DNA of 64,000 nucleotides from Tubulanus polymorphus (Eukaryota > Animalia > Nemertea): the NCBI RefSeq assembly GCF_964204645.1, contig NC_134028.1, forward strand, positions 16,623,653-16,687,652, read 5' to 3'. Under the pieces are notes generated by a model. It worked only from the letters and a program-made list of their open reading frames with translations, was not told the origin of the DNA and did no database searches. Shown piece after piece: positions 1 to 12,344 of the stretch. The position numbers and the translations under genes are program-made. Every line of letters starts with the position of its first letter. Position 1 is the first letter of the stretch.

Positions 1-3000
1 ATCACAAAAACACCGCCAAAATTTGAGTAATAATGTTTTAGGAAAAGATTATTTTGATGATAAACCTCAAAAAGTAAAAAAACCAACTTCAAAAACTAAA
101 TCCATTTCAAATAAACCTTACATGGAAAATGTTAGAAATTATATTGATTCACTAGAAATAAAAGATACAATTGAAATTTTAGAAACATTACATAGTAAAA
201 TTGGTCCTGCAGCTATTATATTTAGATTTTTTAAAGGTACAACAATAGAAGATTATATTAAATTTAATGAAATAATAGAAAAAATACTAGATTTGATAAC
301 AGATGTTGAATATCCAAAAATTAGTATCTCTGGGAAAGTAAGTTTTATAAAGTCAGAAGAAAAAATGGATTATAATATTCAAACACACCCTGAAGAAATA
401 ATTTCAAAAACACAAATAAAAGAGAACTTAGAAAAAATATTTAATGAATTTAAACGTCATATTGAAGAAAGATATTTTGAGGGTTCTGGCTTAACATTGA
501 ATGAAATTATATATTTAGATTTAAATGTTTACAATACAAAAAGGAATAAAACATCAAAAAGTAATAAAATGTTTAAAAATGATTCAAACTTTACAACAGA
601 AAAGGATATTAAAGCATCATCTTATATTAAATTACCATTTACAACAAAAGCAGTAATAAATGTTCAAAATGAAGATAGTAAATGTTTTCTATGGTCAATT
701 ATTAGTTGTTTACACCCTACAGAAGATATGACGCATAGTTTTAGAATAACAAATTACCGGAAATATGAAACATTATATAAAATTGATCAATATCCAGTAA
801 CTATAAAAATGATTCCTAAAATAGAAAAAGTTAATAATTTAAAAATAAATGTATTTGAATTAATGCAATTACCAAAGACAAAAGGTGAAAATATTAAAGA
901 TTATACATTGGAAGCTTTATATTTAACAGAATATTATGATGATGAAAATGCTATAGATTTGTTATACTACAACAAAGATGAAAACTAAACTAACATTATA
1001 TGTGGTTAAAACAAATTGATTTATTCTTTAGAACAGAAAGTGATCACCATAATAAAATTTATCTACGTAGAAAATGTTTATCTAAATTTATGACTGAGAA
1101 TACATTATTAAAACATAAAGAATTATGTGATAATAAAGATTTTTGAAAATTAATAATGCCAACAGAAAAAGATTATAAATTGAAATTTACTAATCATAAA
1201 TTTAAGAATATTGTTCCATTTGTAATTTATGGGGATTTTGAATCGTCGAATAAAGAATTAACTGATCAAGATAGAAAAGAAATATATAACAAAAAGCAAT
1301 TATTAAAATCAATGGATAAAGGAAATGAATTAAATGAAGACACAATACAAGACCCACCAATTATAAATACAATTAAAAAAGTTCATCAAAGAGCTGCTGC
1401 TTATGGAATTTATATAAAATCAAATTATCCTGAATTATATGAAAGTCAATATATTTCTTTTAGAGGTGAAAATGTAGTTAATGATTTTTGTGATAAAATG
1501 ATTGAATTAGAAAGTGATTTTGCAAAATTATTAAACAAAAATAAAAGAATAATTATGACAAAAGAAGATGAAATTGATTTTAATTATGCAACTCATTGTT
1601 GTTAATGTGAAAAACGTTTTTATTCATTTGATAAAAAAGTTAGAGATCATGATCATTTAAATTCAAAATATCGTGGAGCTGCTCATGAAGATTGCAATTT
1701 ACAAGCTAAGAAAGTTAATTTCGTACCAATATTATTTCATAATTTATCAGGCTATGATACCCATCTATTTATAAAACAATTATCGGGAAAATTGGGAGCA
1801 ATTAATCAAGAAATAGAAGAATATAATGCTATGAATGGTGTAAATGTAAGAAAATATGATTTTAAACTATTAGCTAAAACATCTGAAAATTATATTTCAT
1901 TTCAATTTGGTTGCACAATGAACAAGATTTTAAATTATTGAGATATAAAGGCGCAATTCCTTATTCATTTTATAAAACACACAATGATTTTAATGTAACA
2001 GAATTATTAAAAGATCAATTTTATGATCAATTAAAAGAGGAGTATGTGAAAGACGAATTGTTTAATAGAACATTAAATATTTGGAACCATTTAAAGATGA
2101 AAAATCATGGCGAATTAGTTGATTTATATTTAAAATCAGATGTTATGATATTGACTGACATATTTGAAAAATTTAGAGAAGTTAATTTGAATCATTTTAA
2201 TGTTGATCCTTGTTATTGCTACTCTAGTCCTGGTTTAACCTGGCAATGTGGTTTAAAATATACAAATGTAGAATTAGATTTATTAAAAGAACCAGATATG
2301 GTTTTATTATTTGAAAAATCAATTAGAGGTGGAATTAGTGGTGTTATGGGAGATAGATATTTTAAAGCAAATGATGAATATTAATTATTATATATTGACG
2401 CCAATAATTTATATGGCTGGGCAATGATGCAACCTCAACCATATAAAAATTTTATATTAACAGAAGTTGAAAATGATGATAAAACTAATTGGGAAAGCGC
2501 AATTATATGAGTTTAGAAGATGAAGCACCAATTGGTTATTTCTTTGTAGTTGATTTAGAATATCCTGAAAATATAAAGTTTAAAACAAGAAACCTTATTG
2601 CCCAGAACATTTAACTGTAGATGATAGTTATTTAAGTGAATACCAGAAGAAAATAAAACCGAAAGATCATGTTTTTACAGAAAAATTAATACTTACTCAA
2701 AATAATAAATACAATTATATTGTTCATTATAGAATGTTAAAACTTTATCTAAAACAAGGAATGAAATTAAAGAAAGTACATAGATATATTGAATTTAATC
2801 AATCGAAGTGGTTAGAAAAATATATAGATTTCAATACTCAACAGAGAACCATATCAAAAACAGATTTTGAAAAAGATTTCTTCAAATTAATGAATAATAG
2901 TTTTTATGGTAAAACATGTGAAAATATTAGAAATAGAAATCATATTGAATAAGTAAATAATTCTGAACGATTAAGACATTTACAATCAAGTCCTAGACAT

Positions 3001-4708
3001 TTAGGAAATAAAAGATTTGAAGATTATTTAACAGCAGTTAAATTAAAAAGAACGTCAATGAAATTTAATAAACCTATATTTATTGGTTCAACTGTTTTAG
3101 AAGTATCAAAATTATTAATGTATGATTTTTATTATAATGTTTTACAACCACTTTTTGGGGAAAAGCATATTGAAATATTATTATTTTGATTCTGTTACAG
3201 CTGACACCCCAATATTATTAAAATGTAATGATAAAATATTGATAAGAAGAATTTCAGAAATAATTCCAAAACAAAATGAATGTTATATTTCATATGGTGA
3301 AAAAGAATTAATACAAATAAATGGATTAATGGATGTTTGGACAAGAAATGGATGGAAAAAATTAAAGAATATTATTAGACATAAAACAAATAAGAAAATC
3401 TATAGAGTTAGAACTAACTTAGGATTTGTAGATGTTACAGAAGATCATAGTTTAATTAAACGAAATGGTGATGAAATAAAACCAATTGATATAAAAATTG
3501 GAGATGAATTATTACATAAAAGATTTTTCCAAAGAATGAATCATATGTCATTCGATGAAATTATTGATAATATTTATAATATCGAACCCGAAACATTAGA
3601 AGAAAAAGAATATTTTATCAAAGGATTTTTCATGGGTGATGGTTCAGCAGGTGTGTATAATTATGTTTGGGGTAATAAATATTGTTGGTATTTATGCAAT
3701 CAAGACTTAAAATTATTAGAAAGAATTAAGAAATTCTGTGAAGAAGTTTATTCACATAAAACATTTAGAATCATGGATCATATGAAATCAACAGCAGTTT
3801 ATAGAATACTTGTAAATAACCCTAAAGATTTTGCTATAAAATATAATGATGAATTCTATATTCATGCAATAGTGAAAAGTAATACTTCAACTAAAGAAAA
3901 GATAGTTCCAGATTATGTATTAAATGCAAAAAATAATTTAAGAAAATGGTTCTTCATTGGGTTCTATGCTGCAGATGGTTCAAAAAGTTCCAAAAACCGC
4001 AAAACGATATCTTTAGCTCAAAAAGGAAAAGTTGCTATATCAGGATTGAATATATTATGCAATTCATTAGGTTTTAATATGAATATTGGATTGATTAAAT
4101 CTAAACCAAATTGCTTTAATTCAAGCCATGTAGAAAATGAGTTAACAGAAGAAGTTACAGATTTATTTGAAATATATAACCCAACAGATTATGTTTATGA
4201 TTTATCAACTGAAGATGGTACATTTAACTGTGGATTTCCATTAATAGCCAAAAATACGGACGCCTACATACTAAAAATCAAGACAAATGACATAACAAAA
4301 GACTTAAAAACATTAAAACATCATTTTGATTTTAGCAATTATCCCAAAGATCATGAACTATTTAGCAATGATAATAAAAAGATTCCTGGTAAGTTTAAAG
4401 ATGAATTAGGGGGTGATGAAATGATTGAATTTGTTGGGATAAGAAGTAAAATGTATAGTTACAGAACAAAAGATCATGAAGCTAAAAAGTTAAAAGGAAC
4501 AACAAAACATGTGGTTGATAAACATATAGAATTTCAAGATTATATAAAGTGTTTATATAACTCATTGTAATGAAACACAAAATGAATTGTTTAAGATCAG
4601 AAGATCACGAGATGTACATTAATGAAGTTGAAAAAACTAGTTTAAATCCATTTGATGTTAAAAGACATTTCAGATGATGGTATAAAAACATTACCTTATG
4701 GCCATTAA
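1..4708 (+). pseudogene. Protein-primed family B DNA polymerase of copy A, intein-containing, with multiple stops and frameshifts
   Basis: Fragments carry DSKCFLWSI, YGDFES, RDHDH, YIDANNLYGWAM, KLMNNSFYGK and YFD..TD motifs, collinear with the intact 1344-aa pPolB at 45406-49440. Confidence 0.93.
3191..4255 (+). mobile_element. Intein (355 aa) with LAGLIDADG homing endonuclease, inserted in the pPolB catalytic motif (YFD|intein|TD)
   Basis: Starts SVTADTP; block B VTEDHSL; two LAGLIDADG helices (FIKGFFMGDGS, FFIGFYAADGS); block F YVYDLST; ends AKN before Thr. Absent from the YFDTDS motif of copies B and C. Confidence 0.95.
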
Positions 4709-5691
4709 AACAGAAAATCAATATCATCATACTCGAAATCACTATTGGCTTCTTCATTTTCATTTAATTGTTCTTGTATAATTTGTTTAGGTTCTTCCAT
4801 TTCATTTTTCTCATTTAAATAACGTGTTATATTATTCCACATTTCATCTCGCTCTCTTTGTTTCTTTTTGTTTGTTAATTCATCAAATGGAATTATAATA
4901 TCTATGTTTAAATAATTTACAATCTTATTTAAAAAGAATTCATAATTTATTGAATCTGTTATTCTATTTTCCAAATGATACATTAATATTTGTTTAGATA
5001 TTTTTTTTTTATTTTCCATATCTTCTTCTGTTAATTTAGGTTTTTCATAATAATCGTTAAATAATAAATACAAATACATTTTCTTTTGTTTTGTGTTAAA
5101 TGTTGACTGAATAATTGTTTTTATAATATCTATTTTAGTTATTTCACCATTTTTATTTTCTATTATTTTCATTTTTTCAAGCCATTGCATATATTCTGGT
5201 GTATGATCTTCTATAGAAAATATTTTAAAAATTTCATCTAGATAATTTAATTTTGGATCTATGAGAAAATTTCTAGTTTTTTCTTCACCCCATAAATTCT
5301 TTTGCCATCCACAATCAACACAAAATAACACAGTACCTTCTTGTCTTAAGGTCGCATAACTACATTGTGGACATTTTCGTTTATAATTTATTGGTAATAG
5401 ATCTTCATTAAGCTCCAGGAACCAGTTCCACAGTTGTGAGTTAGAGTTAACTCTCAGTTAAAGTCAGTTCATTTTCAATGTTTTAACCCAGGGTCAAATC
5501 TTAACTCAGAACTGTGGAACTGGACCCTGGTATTTTCTTACGTTTTCTTTATGTTTTATTGTTCTATTATGTAGATTTGAATTACTTGTTGTAATAATCA
5601 ATTTACAATATTTACAATAATATGTTTTTCTTGTTAATTCATTATATTGTTTTTCTAACTTTTCAACTGTTTCTTTATTATCTGGTATCAT
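4705..5691 (-). pseudogene. Zinc-finger/Cys-rich hypothetical gene of copy A, interrupted by a MITE
   Basis: ORFs 5506-5691 (CKYC..H..H) and 4705-5331 (CVDC) flank an inverted-repeat insertion at 5415-5530. Confidence 0.55.
5415..5530. mobile_element. MITE-like short inverted-repeat element
   Basis: CCAGGAACCAGTTCCACAGTTGTGAGTTA at the left is an imperfect reverse complement of TAACTCAGAACTGTGGAACTGGACCCTGG at the right; more GC-rich than its flanks. Confidence 0.7.
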
Positions 5692-5695
5692 TTTC

Positions 5696-6145
5696 TCATA
5701 TTTTTATTTTTTCTAATAAACTATTTTTTCTTTCATTGAATTCAGTTTCAAATTTATTAGAAATTTTATCTATATGTACTTTACGAAATTGATGATTCTC
5801 CCTATCTTCTATATTTTCAGCGTTATATTTTATTCGACATGGCTCACAGAAATGATCTTTTATATTATCCTTATCATAGAATAAGAAAGGTCTTTTCCAA
5901 ATAATTTCAGGTTCAACTTCAACAGAATTACTATTACTTTCATTACTATCAACATTAGCCGTTGCGCCATTAATTTTACACTTCTCTGAATGTTTTTTAA
6001 CATAATTTCTTGAGAATAATTTATTACATTTTGGACAGTTTAGTTTAGGGGGTTTATAATTTTCATCATGTTTTTTCATATGTCGAGCCATATTACTTTT
6101 TCTTAGAAGTTCACCACAAATTTCGCATGGTATCTTCTCATCCAT
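5696..6145 (-). CDS. C2H2 zinc-finger protein (copy A accessory gene)
   Basis: CEICGELLRKSNMARHMKKH and CPKCNKLFSRNYVKKHSEKC fingers; TAAATG start context. Confidence 0.75.
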   Translation of the reverse strand: MDEKIPCEICGELLRKSNMARHMKKHDENYKPPKLNCPKCNKLFSRNYVKKHSEKCKINGATANVDSNESNSNSVEVEPEIIWKRPFLFYDKDNIKDHFCEPCRIKYNAENIEDRENHQFRKVHIDKISNKFETEFNERKNSLLEKIKI

Positions 6146-6213
6146 TTATTAAGGAAAAATTTTATTAAAATTAATTTTTAGTGATGAGCAGTAATTTTTT
6201 TATGTTATAAATC

Positions 6214-6971
6214 ATGGTAGAATTAAAAGAATACAGAATATTTGTTGATTCTAGAAAACTTACAAATTATAAATCACATAATTTAATAGTTCAATTAGAT
6301 AGAGAATTTAAGAATTGTGTTGATTTAAAATTAGTAAATATAAGTTTATGTAACTCATTTTACAATATATCGGATAAAAGTCTAGAACATTTAATTTTTT
6401 CAATCTTTTACAAAAAAGGAATAAATGGTTTTTTATATATTTAAAACCAGGATTATATAATTTAGATACATTAGCACAAGAAATTAATAGAAAAGCTCGA
6501 GCTAAATTAGGAAGTGATTCCGGATTTAGTATTAGAATTTTAAAAAGTGATAGTTCTAATAAAATAAAGATTAGGTTAGCTAATGACGAACAATTTAAAT
6601 TTACAGTAAGAAAACCTTTAGGTAAACTGTTAGGAATTAACCCAGATATTGTTACAGCATACGCAGAAGGTAAATCAAACTTAATACCTTTTACACATTT
6701 TTATATTTATTGCAATTTAATTGACCCAACAAAAACATTTGAAGCAACTAAAGATACAATTTGTAATTCTAGTATATTAAATATTTTACCATTAAAAAAT
6801 GTTAAACAATTTGGAACGCAAATAAATTATAATTTAACTGAATGTGATTTTAAACCTTGTATTCCACATTTCAATAATTTTAAATTAGAAATAAGAAATC
6901 ATAATGGTTATTTAATTGATTTGAATAACTTTCCTGTAATTTATGAATTAGTTATAAGATGTAAAGAGTAA
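6214..6971 (+). pseudogene. Minor capsid (penton-like) protein of copy A, frameshifted
   Basis: Homologous to the intact ORF at 44262-45020; frameshift near 6410-6440. Confidence 0.8.
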
Positions 6972-6987
6972 TTTTTTCACTATATAA

Positions 6988-7344
6988 ATGATTATAACTG
7001 TTGGACCGAGTATATGTTTTGGATTTGATTTTAAACGTGAGAAAGAAATGAAATTTAACATTAATGATGTAATTACACATATCAAAAATATTGCATTTTC
7101 TAATGAAACAACATTTGAGTATGAAACAACAATAGATAAAGAAACTTTAAATGTAGAAACGATTACTAATTTAATTAGAGAATCTTTAAGATTTTATGAA
7201 TTAGATGAAGATTTTATTATCGATGATATTAAAAAAATAATAATTGAAATATATACAAATGAAACTAGTAATGAAATAAATGTTGAATTAATCATAAATA
7301 AGTTTACTAAATATTTTGAAGTAATTTTTTTGATTAATAAATGA
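6988..7344 (+). CDS. Polinton hypothetical protein (homolog of 43904-44245)
   Basis: Shared ITVGPSICFGFDFK N-terminus; syntenic. Confidence 0.75.
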   Translation: MIITVGPSICFGFDFKREKEMKFNINDVITHIKNIAFSNETTFEYETTIDKETLNVETITNLIRESLRFYELDEDFIIDDIKKIIIEIYTNETSNEINVELIINKFTKYFEVIFLINK

Positions 7345-7562
7345 GTGATAATAAGTGGATAATAACTGGAATATATAATGACGCATTACTATCAGTTGGA
7401 ACTGTTGGTTATTCAATGGTATTAAAAAAAGTATTCAAAATGGGAAGTGTTAATGTTGATAGATTTGATATAAATGATATCTTAAAATTAACATTAGCAG
7501 TTACTTTATCTAATTTAACTATTGATTATTTAGAAAAACAAAAATATATTCCCCCCATATAA
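7341..7562 (+). CDS. Small hydrophobic Polinton protein (73 aa)
   Basis: Near-identical to 28525-28746 and 43682-43903; two hydrophobic segments. Confidence 0.8.
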   Translation: MSDNKWIITGIYNDALLSVGTVGYSMVLKKVFKMGSVNVDRFDINDILKLTLAVTLSNLTIDYLEKQKYIPPI

Positions 7563-7586
7563 ATGCATAATTTTTTTGCTAAATAA

Positions 7587-8009
7587 ATGGCTTCTGCAAT
7601 TATAACTATTATAGGATCGGCAATTGTTAACGCTTTAGCATTTACTGGTGGCGGTTATTTATTTAAGCATATTGATAAAAATAGTTCATTAGGAGAACAA
7701 AGAAGACATAATTTAGCATTAGAGAAATATAATAAAGCAGCAGAAGAATACAGAGAAAAACGACAAAACTATATGGATTATATTAACAAGGAATTATATG
7801 ATCAGAAGATTTCACATAGAGATTTTCAATCAGTTGATGATGCAATGAGTTTATATAACGCAGTAACCAATAAAGAAAAATTACATCTATACAAACCTAA
7901 ATTATCAGATTATCATACCCCAAGTAAAGAACAACAGAAATATGAAATAATTTGGATTTTAGGTGGAACAGTTATTGTTATATTTGTAGCATATAAATTT
8001 ACTAATTAG
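7587..8009 (+). CDS. Polinton membrane-associated protein (140 aa)
   Basis: Hydrophobic N- and C-termini with a central coiled coil; near-identical to 43234-43656. Confidence 0.8.
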   Translation: MASAIITIIGSAIVNALAFTGGGYLFKHIDKNSSLGEQRRHNLALEKYNKAAEEYREKRQNYMDYINKELYDQKISHRDFQSVDDAMSLYNAVTNKEKLHLYKPKLSDYHTPSKEQQKYEIIWILGGTVIVIFVAYKFTN

Positions 8010-8028
8010 TAATTTTTTTTCTAAATAA

Positions 8029-8463
8029 ATGGAAGATAAAGTTGATAGTATTGATATTATTCCTCATGATATAAATAAAAATAAATTAAAAATATATTTA
8101 GAAAAACAAATATTAGAATTTGAAAGTGACTTAAAGATAAAAAAGAAAAAATATTTAAAAAGTAAAATTATATGTTATCTTATTATTAGTGGTTCGGTTA
8201 CAATTAGTTCTGTTATAACATTTCTAGCAATATTCAGTCCATTAACACCTTTAGCTATATCAATTGGTGTATTAGGATTAAGTTCAAGTGTTTTAACTGG
8301 TATAAGTTCAAAATTAAATATAAAATGTAATAAAGAAAAAATTAAAACTAATATAAAAGAAATTAATAAATTGAAGAATACACTAGATTATATAATAAGT
8401 TTAAATGGTCATATAACAGTTGAAGAACAAGATAAATTATTAAAAGAATTAATAACTTATTAA
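8029..8463 (+). CDS. Polinton two-TM protein (144 aa)
   Basis: Hydrophobic hairpin flanked by coiled coils; near-identical to 27595-28029 and 42780-43214. Confidence 0.8.
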   Translation: MEDKVDSIDIIPHDINKNKLKIYLEKQILEFESDLKIKKKKYLKSKIICYLIISGSVTISSVITFLAIFSPLTPLAISIGVLGLSSSVLTGISSKLNIKCNKEKIKTNIKEINKLKNTLDYIISLNGHITVEEQDKLLKELITY

Positions 8464-8479
8464 TTTTTTAATTAAATAA

Positions 8480-9866
8480 ATGGTAGATGGTTTTCCAAAA
8501 GCTTTCCAGTATAGTAAATCAATTAAATATAATATTCCAGCAATAGATTTTAATAAAGATATCACATATAGAAATGAAGTTTTAGATTCATTAACTAATT
8601 TAGAAATTTATGTTACTGAAAATAATAATTTTAATGCAAAGATGGAAAATATATTTCATGTATATTTAATTAATTTAAAAAAATTGAAAGATGAAAAACA
8701 ATGGTTATTAAAATCTAATATGAAGTATTGGCAGAACCAATTAAATTTTGCTGTTTATTGTGCAACAACAGGATGTGGAATTAGCTGGAATGATCATTTG
8801 AATAATTCTAAATATAAATTAATTCAAAGTTTATTTAGATTTCATACATACTTTCAAATCAGAATAATATTAAATGAATTAGAGTGCGCTTTACCAGGAT
8901 CTAGGTATTTTAAAGAATTAGATAATAATATTAATTTATCAAAGTTTTATAAAATTTGTAATGAATTTAATATAGATATAAATAATTCCGATTTTAGAAC
9001 AAAAATTGGAACAATAAGATCACTTCCTTGCCCTAAAAAGATTGCAGAATATTGTGCACTTCCCATACCATCTAATAGTTTTTCATAATATCTATAGTAA
9101 TAAATTAGGTTATGGTAAAATAGAAACTAAGGATTTAGAAACATTAAATTTCAATAAATTACCGACATTTTATGATAATTTAAAACAAGAAAACAATAAT
9201 GGTTGGGTTTATTTCATTTTAGAAAATAATGAAGGTTTTACAAAATCAGGTATACAAAGAATAAATCAATCTATTAGAACTTATTTGATATGTATTTTAG
9301 GTGCGCAAGTTGAAACAAGATCCCAAATAATTGAAAATTTAAATACATCATTTGATGCACAGAAACAATTCAAAGTATTATTTGAAGATTCTATTCATAA
9401 TGATAAAAATAGATCGATTCCAGAAAACATTGTAAGATATCAAAATTATTTAGATAAATCTCGTGTAAGACTAAATTATTGTATAGGCCCTAATCTATTA
9501 ATTATTTCTAATGATTTAGTACTAAAGATGGGAAACATAATTGGTTACAATAATCTAATTAAAACTGCAACAATAAATAATTCATTTGGATTAAATGATA
9601 TAAATAAAAAGATTATTACCGCTCCAAAATTAATGGAAGGTGAAAAAAATAAAAAACATATTCAATCAACAGAAACTAAAACTAAGAATATTAAATTAAA
9701 TAATGATTCTAAACCGGATTATAATACATCAGAAAATATTAAAACTGATAATATTCAACATGATATAATTAAAACTGATAATGATAATTAATCCCATGAA
9801 AATACTAAATAAGCTTTAACTTGTATAGGAATTGTTATAGGAGGAATATTGTATTTTAAATTTTAA
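8480..9866 (+). pseudogene. Conserved Polinton protein (WQNQLNFAVYCATTGCG family), disrupted
   Basis: Two overlapping ORFs plus downstream stops; homologous to the intact ORF at 41375-42763. Confidence 0.8.
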
Positions 9867-9882
9867 TTTTTTTATTATATAA

Positions 9883-11330
9883 ATGGATGTAGAAGGTGGA
9901 GAAGATATTGGAATGGATAATTTTGATGAACCTGGCATAACTGATGAACAACAACCTGATTTTAGTGAAACAAGTTATAATGATGGTAATGAGCCAGGAT
10001 ATAATAATAATAATATAAATATGCCTGATTATATTAAAAATGCAGAATCACAATTAAATCCTGAAAATTTAGATCCAGATTTAGTAAAAAAAAGATTTAG
10101 ATAATTTAAACAAAATAGAGAAATTAGAATATATAATTGAAAATTCTAAACTTCACATAAATGATGAAGACGTTGGACCATTAGCAGATAAATTAAGATT
10201 TTTAGATAATGGTAAATGTTATTATCGTTTGAAAGGTGATTATTATATTGATATCACTAATCAAAGGACAAAACTAAAAAAAATATTAGCGGAATCAACT
10301 TTGAAAAATTTAGAAACATTTAGAATTAAGAGAATAAGTAATAGTTATGAAATAACTGATGTTACACAAAAAGAAATAGATGATAATATAGACGTATTTA
10401 AACAAAGAATTAATGAATTATTTGAAATAATCAAAAAGAAATCAGAAACAGAAACAACTTCTGAACAGAATATAACTTCCAAAACTAGTAAACTTAAATC
10501 AAATAAAGTTCCAATTGAAAAGCTTTTACCGAATGGATTAATTGATGCAACAGATCAAGAATTAGAAGATTTAGATAATATATTTTCTGTTGAAGCAATT
10601 AGAGAAATTAAAAGTATAAGACTTGCATCTGATAAAATTGCACATGATAAAAGTATAAGAGATTTTAAAATTAGAACTTTAGAAAAAGAATTAACTGATA
10701 AAAATAAAGAAATAGAACAATTAAAGTCTGATCTTGATCGTCAAGTAATTGATGAAATAGAGTAAAGGCAAAAAGAATTACGATTAGAAAAAGAAATTAA
10801 TAATTTAAAAGATAATTTAGAAGTACAGAAAGAAGAAATTCAATTATTATTAAAATCATATGATTATAATATTAATAGATTAAAAGTTATTTTTAAAGAT
10901 TTGTTGATAAAACCAAATTCTGAAATATCATTAAAAGATAGAATAAAGTTATTATTTAAATTAGAAGGAATAACAATTCTTTCAATTCTAACAGCTGTAA
11001 CTATGTTATTTACAACAATTGGTTTAGCAATATCAAATGCTTTAAAATCTACTCCTACTCCAAATAAACAATTCTATACAAGATAAAGTTAAAGATGGTT
11101 TAAAGAAATTAGCAAAATATTTATGGGAACTATCTACAAAATCTGCTGCAGCTTTACCAGGAATTATTGCATCAACTGTTGGTTTTATATTGAAATCTGC
11201 TGGGAATATTCTTAACTTTGCTGCTGAAAATATTATTTTATTTTTAATTACAGTTGTAAGTGCTATTATTTTTGGGTTAGTGAATATGATATCAGAAAGA
11301 TATCAAGAAAAAATAATAAAAAATAAATAA
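9883..11330 (+). pseudogene. Acidic/coiled-coil protein with C-terminal membrane domain (copy A), disrupted
   Basis: MDVEGGED start; C-terminal LKDRIKLLFKLEGITILSILTAV segment matches 39668-40513. Confidence 0.75.
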
Positions 11331-11481
11331 TTAATTTTTTTGTTAAATAAATGAGTGGGAGTCTCTCTGTCACCACATCTTCAAAATATTGTTTATTTAT
11401 GGTAACATCCAATTGGCCAGTACTTCAAATACTGTAAAAACAACCGACTGGGGTTGGGCCAGTAATCGCAAGCAAAGGTCA

Positions 11482-11587
11482 TGCAGTGAACCGACCTAGG
11501 CTACAATATTGTAGCCTCGGTCAGTGTTTACAAAAAAAGTTGTGCAGTGAACCGACCTAGCTTACAATATTGTAGCCTCGGTCAGTG
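11482..11587. repeat. Two-copy tandem repeat (about 61-bp period) containing a palindrome
   Basis: TGCAGTGAACCGACCTAG(G/C)(C/T)TACAATATTGTAGCCTCGGTCAGTG occurs at 11482 and 11543. Confidence 0.7.
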
Positions 11588-12344
11588 CTAACAGCTGAAT
11601 CACACGTTCTATGCAAACCCGCACTGCTATAGGAAACAAATTATCTATCATTCCTTAGACCGAAGCATAACCGTTTTCTTTTATCAGCTTTACAATTGAT
11701 TCCATGAATTTAATAATTCCATTTTCGAATAATAATGTGTTTTTAGTTATTTCAATTCTGAACTGAATTTTAAGTCGACTCGTCTTGTATACAGATTTAG
11801 AAATTTTGACAAATGTATTTTCACGCTTTGTGAGTTTAAAGCTTAGTTGAGGTACAAAAGTCGAAATGCGCGCTTTTTGGGTGTCAGTTCATTTTGTAAG
11901 TCGGCAGGAAGAGTGTCGTTCACTCGGGAATAAATCTTTGCAGGAATAATGTGTTGTAAGTACACGTACTATTAATTTTGTAATGTATCTAGGCGTTTGT
12001 CGACTTTTTGTGTAAATTTCGGTGGAGATTCAAGGATTTGAAAGCTCGTAGTTAACATTTTTGCAGTCAATTTCAGGATAAGTTTCGACTTATTTCTCTT
12101 TATCATTTGTCAACATTTATTTGCTGTAAGAGCGCTTAAATTTATCGTATTTTCTGCATGCGTCATAAATTTGAAACTTGTTCCTTTATGTATGAATTTC
12201 GTAGCTTGTTTGCATATTAGTTAAACATGTTAATTAAGGCTTGTAAGCGCTGTAGTATTTGCGTAGACTTAGTATGTTTACAATTTGTATTTTGTAGAAA
12301 CTGTGTCTTATCGTCGAATTAAACTGCATATATATAAACACGCG

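Larger units (their letters stand above)
1..11362 (+). mobile_element. Polinton/Maverick copy A (decayed; left end outside window, right part truncated at the start of the major capsid gene)
   Basis: pPolB, minor capsid and a structural gene series collinear with copy C. Sequence breaks off after ATGAGTGGGAGT (MSGS, the MCP start) at 11351-11362. Confidence 0.93.
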
